Positions 5,973 through 8,338 of a stretch of DNA of 8,338 nucleotides are shown here, in pieces (position 1 is the stretch's first letter; each line of letters opens with the position of its first letter). A model generated the notes under the pieces. It made no database searches, was not told the DNA's origin, and was given only the letters and a program-made list of their open reading frames with translations. The stretch is from PVC group bacterium (GTDB lineage Bacteria; GCA-001730085; JADFSZ01). Made by a program: the position numbers and the translations under genes. The DNA is taken from the NCBI GenBank assembly GCA_022560555.1, contig JADFSZ010000073.1, forward strand, positions 1 through 8,338. The letters run 5' to 3'.

Positions 5973-6001
5973 TATTTAACATATTTAATAAGGTATGTCA
6001 A
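5973..6001 (-). promoter_or_regulatory. Candidate sigma70-type promoter for the 550-aa gene
   Basis: The minus strand reads TTGACA (6001-5996, perfect -35). This is followed by a 16-nt spacer and TTAAAT (5979-5974), or a 17-nt spacer and TAAATA. It sits just downstream of the terminator of the preceding minus-strand gene and is embedded in the dyad ACATACTTA (5966-5974) / TAAGGTATGT (5989-5998). Confidence 0.45.
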
Positions 6002-6065
6002 CCCCTATTCGTGGAAAAAATAAATTGTAAAACATTGATAGTAGTCGCTTTACAATAAAATTAGG

Positions 6066-6107
6066 AAAAAAAATAAGCGGCAAAGCCCTGTTACAAAGGG
6101 CTTTGCC
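6066..6107 (-). terminator. Rho-independent terminator after the His-rich small gene
   Basis: There is a perfect 11-bp stem GGCAAAGCCCT (6079-6089) / AGGGCTTTGCC (6097-6107) with a 7-nt loop. On the minus strand it is followed by GCTTATTTTTTTT. It begins 15 nt after the stop codon at 6122-6124. Confidence 0.85.
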
Positions 6108-6121
6108 TAGCCAGTCATGAA

Positions 6122-6475
6122 TTAGTAGGCAAAAGCCCAGAGAGATTCGTATGTGGTGTACCCATGATGGTAGTGTCCGTTACTATAATACCCTGGATGC
6201 CATGTGCGAATTTGACTGGGCGGATATGCCTCATGGCCATTATGGTGTCGTCTTTTGGAATACCACCTATGGGTATAGTGCCGAGGCCATTGAGGGACAT
6301 AATGGGTCTCAGTTACAACGGTTGTTGAATGGTCGTTTTGATGATGGACGGCGCTGGTTAATAGAGCCATGCCGGCAAGCCCCCCTACAATCCACGGCCA
6401 TGCCTCCCCGGCATAGGCTGGTCTGGTTTGGGCCAAAAACATCAAAAGGATGATGATGCTTATCGACTTTTTCAT
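6122..6475 (-). CDS. Small His/Tyr/Trp-rich exported or membrane-anchored protein (117 aa), no family recognised
   Basis: I prefer the start at MKKSISIIILLMFLAQTRPAYA (6475) because GGGAGG lies about 8 nt upstream, whereas the listed 6496 start has none. The N-terminus is signal-peptide-like and a second hydrophobic segment follows (WPWIVGGLAGMALLTSAV). The ~70-aa C-terminal region is rich in His, Tyr and Trp: across the 95 aa after the signal sequence I count 13 His, 10 Tyr and 6 Trp. A strong terminator follows the gene. Confidence 0.7.
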   Translation of the reverse strand: MKKSISIIILLMFLAQTRPAYAGEAWPWIVGGLAGMALLTSAVHHQNDHSTTVVTETHYVPQWPRHYTHRWYSKRRHHNGHEAYPPSQIRTWHPGYYSNGHYHHGYTTYESLWAFAY

Positions 6476-6550
6476 GATGTTCGCCTCCCTTCTCATTATG
6501 GTGTTTTTCGGTTTCCTTTAGACATAATGACGATGGATGAGAGGGTTTAT

Positions 6551-7927
6551 TCAGATTTTTTGTGAAAGCCATTTCTCCTTGAGAAATCCCCGTAAAAAAG
6601 TTCCCATCAGGATAAAACGATACAGGGCCATGAGCACCCATAAGCCCGTAAGGGTTCCTGAAAAATATTGAATCAACAGAAACGTCCCCGGCAGAAAAAG
6701 TCCCCACTGGACGAGGATGGTATATTTCATAACTTGTTTATTCGCGCCGCCTCCCATAAGCGTATGCATCCAGATAATTCCAAGGGGATCAAAAAACTGC
6801 ATAAAGCCTAATATGACAAGCGGAACGATCGCGAGGGCCTGAACGATTGGATCGTCAATAAAGATTTGGATCCAGAATCGCGGGAATAAGATAAAAAGGA
6901 AACCGATGATACTCAAAAAAGTTTCAGTGATCATAAGGGTTGAATAGCTCCAGATTTTAGCGCTGTGGGGATCATTTTCCCCTAGGGATTTGCTGACAAG
7001 AGAAATTGTGGCCAATCCCATGCCTAAAGCCGGCAGAAAACAGGCCAGCATCAGATTGACTAAAATGTTGGTGGCCGCTAATTCGGCTGTTCCGAGGATA
7101 GCTGTTATGCGGTAAAAAACGAGATATCCGAAGGAGAGAAAAATACCCATAATGCTCATGGGGATGGATAACGAAAGGAGGTTTTTTAACAAGGTTGATG
7201 TGATGAGTTTAGGTGTGAAACGGAAATGGGGTGTTTTATGTTTTATAAGAAGGCGCAGATAATTGCAGGTTCCAAGCAGTATTGCGATGAGGGAGGCGAG
7301 AGCCGCGCCTTTACTTTCCATCCTTGGAAATCCGAATTTACCGAAGATAAGAACGTAATTTAATGCAATGTTTGTTCCATGCATCAATAAGAGGGTTTGT
7401 AAATACACAGAAGATTTATGAAGACCGTTGAAGAATCCGCGAAAGGCAAAATTCATGCCCACAAACGGGATGCCGAGAATGCGAATACCCATATACCCGA
7501 TTCCGATGTGAACGACAGCGGAATCGCCGGAAAAAAACGGAACGATTTGTGGTATAAAATTATAAAGGATATAGGTCATGGGAAAGGCGATAAGCACTAT
7601 GAGGTAGAGTCCCGTAATCAAAGCTTCGTGAAGACGCGTATGAGCTTTTTCACCGAGCCGGCGTGCCGTTAAGGTTTGAACGGATGAACTGAACCCCTGA
7701 AGGGGCGAGACGATAACCCAGAGTGCGATGGATGTGATGCCGACCGCGGCTACATCATGGGCGCCTAAGCGGCCCACCATGGCTGTGTCAATCAGATTGA
7801 GGAGTGTTTGTGAACTCATCCCGCCGATGATGGGTAGGGCCAGTTTCATCACGTGCTTGATGCGCCAGCGGGCTAATATTTCGTGTAAAGGATAGGGAAA
7901 ATAATTTAGCATGGGAAAAAATATCAT
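6551..7927 (-). CDS. MATE-family (multidrug and toxic compound extrusion) efflux transporter
   Basis: The 458-aa product is highly hydrophobic, consistent with about 12 TM segments. The N-terminal signature MKLALPIIGGMSSQTLLNLIDTAMVGRLGAHDVAAVGI matches the MATE/NorM-DinF pattern (LALP...Q...DT.MVG.LG...AAVG). The start could be the ATG at 7927 or the Met at 7912. Confidence 0.88.
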   Translation of the reverse strand: MIFFPMLNYFPYPLHEILARWRIKHVMKLALPIIGGMSSQTLLNLIDTAMVGRLGAHDVAAVGITSIALWVIVSPLQGFSSSVQTLTARRLGEKAHTRLHEALITGLYLIVLIAFPMTYILYNFIPQIVPFFSGDSAVVHIGIGYMGIRILGIPFVGMNFAFRGFFNGLHKSSVYLQTLLLMHGTNIALNYVLIFGKFGFPRMESKGAALASLIAILLGTCNYLRLLIKHKTPHFRFTPKLITSTLLKNLLSLSIPMSIMGIFLSFGYLVFYRITAILGTAELAATNILVNLMLACFLPALGMGLATISLVSKSLGENDPHSAKIWSYSTLMITETFLSIIGFLFILFPRFWIQIFIDDPIVQALAIVPLVILGFMQFFDPLGIIWMHTLMGGGANKQVMKYTILVQWGLFLPGTFLLIQYFSGTLTGLWVLMALYRFILMGTFLRGFLKEKWLSQKI

Positions 7928-7975
7928 ACGTTTTTTGCCAAAAAAAGATAGGGAAAATACCGATGGCGAACTGGG

Positions 7976-8005
7976 TTGTGAATTTGCGCTCAGATGAGCT
8001 ATAAT
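7976..8005 (+). promoter_or_regulatory. Candidate sigma70-type promoter for the 8053 ORF
   Basis: TTGTGA (7976-7981) is followed by an 18-nt spacer and a perfect TATAAT (8000-8005), about 47 nt upstream of the ATG at 8053. Confidence 0.5.
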
Positions 8006-8052
8006 AGGGCCTGTTCATGTGAAACCCGGGTAGAAGGGGTATATTGCGGTTT

Positions 8053-8338
8053 ATGAAATTCGGGATACATACTGGGGGGCTTCTTTTGGTGGCCCTTGCG
8101 ACGGGGCTGTCTTCTTGGGGCGCGGCCGAGAATGTGCCGCAAAAATATTTGACGATTCAAATTTTTGAACAAGATTTGGAAAAACCAAAGTTCCGTGTTC
8201 GGAGTCCTCTCGCTGTGTTGTATGTTGCGAAAAATTTTCTTCCGGAGCATATTCGCAAAGATCTTGAGGAGAATGATATTGATATCCACCAGATTATTGA
8301 AAATATTGAGGCGAACGATTTGTTCGGGCGGATTGTGG
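8053..8338 (+). CDS. Hypothetical secreted protein, N-terminal 95 codons (3' end outside the window); absent from the supplied ORF track
   Basis: Manual translation from the ATG at 8053 is open to the window end: MKFGIHTGGLLLVALATGLSSWGAAENVPQKYLTIQIFEQDLEKPKFRVRSPLAVLYVAKNFLPEHIRKDLEENDIDIHQIIENIEANDLFGRIV. It has a signal-peptide-like N-terminus and protein-like composition. The overlapping listed minus ORF 7999..8289 has junk-like composition. The SD is weak (GAAGGGG about 13 nt upstream). Confidence 0.6.
   Translation, partial: MKFGIHTGGLLLVALATGLSSWGAAENVPQKYLTIQIFEQDLEKPKFRVRSPLAVLYVAKNFLPEHIRKDLEENDIDIHQIIENIEANDLFGRIV

Noticed and set aside
6024-6056. Inverted repeat ATTGTAAA (6024-6031) / TTTACAAT (6049-6056) upstream of the candidate -35
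   Set aside because: It is only 8 bp, fully AT-rich, with a 17-nt spacer. It is plausible as an activator site or UP-like element but indistinguishable from background in an AT-rich spacer.
6476-6496. Upstream start (MRREANIM...) for the His-rich gene as listed
   Set aside because: Those 7 codons contain the GGGAGG Shine-Dalgarno that serves the MKK start at 6475. There is no SD upstream of 6496.
6151-6707. ORFs 6151..6453(+), 6115..6300(-) and 6309..6707(-) overlapping the His-rich gene and the MATE 3' end
   Set aside because: These are alternative frames of the same DNA. Only the 6122..6475 frame has an SD, a signal-like N-terminus and a terminator immediately after its stop. 6309..6707 would overlap the MATE C-terminus by more than 150 nt.
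7931-7947. The T6-GCC-A7 palindrome (TTTTTTGCCAAAAAAA) just upstream of the MATE start, as a regulatory hairpin
   Set aside because: It is a pure A-T stem with a 3-nt loop and negligible stability, more likely homopolymer-rich spacer sequence.
7999-8289. Minus-strand ORF 7999..8289 (96 aa), and also 7788..8018(-) and 7418..7672(+)
   Set aside because: The 7999..8289 translation is Arg/Lys/Pro-rich with no hydrophobic core and lies antisense to a better + strand ORF with a signal peptide and promoter. The other two overlap the MATE gene out of frame or antisense.
4188-8338. The accessory half as a defence, toxin-antitoxin or secretion system
   Set aside because: No nuclease, ATPase, methyltransferase, toxin or secretion-machinery motifs were recognisable in any frame. 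The only assignable family is a MATE transporter, so calling this a novel system would be unsupported.

Overview
About half of this window (1-4103, + strand) is the distal end of the conserved bacterial ribosomal-protein/RNA-polymerase cluster: map (5' truncated), infA, rpmJ, rpsM, rpsK, rpsD, rpoA, rplQ. All are recognisable from their translations and have sensible Shine-Dalgarno sites. A hairpin terminator at 4136-4173 ends this block. The rest is accessory-looking. Three minus-strand genes follow: a MATE-family efflux transporter (6551-7927), a small His/Tyr/Trp-rich exported or membrane protein (6122-6475), and a 550-aa signal-peptide-bearing orphan protein (4188-5840). A plus-strand secreted-protein ORF starts at 8053 and runs off the window; the ORF track does not list it. 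I see no tRNA/rRNA, CRISPR array, transposase/integrase, or recognisable defence or toxin genes, so I cannot support a claim of a novel multi-gene system here. The most unusual sequence is non-coding: a 285-nt rpmJ-rpsM spacer with two adjacent period-7 tandem arrays and a possibly structured leader abutting the rpsM ribosome-binding site. Other points worth a look are a perfect 3 x 18-nt tandem repeat forming an acidic Pro-rich tail on RpoA, the His-rich small protein apparently co-transcribed with the MATE pump, the orphan secreted protein with a dyad-embedded promoter, and the unlisted terminal ORF. Functional ideas for these are inference only. No database search or folding calculation could be run.
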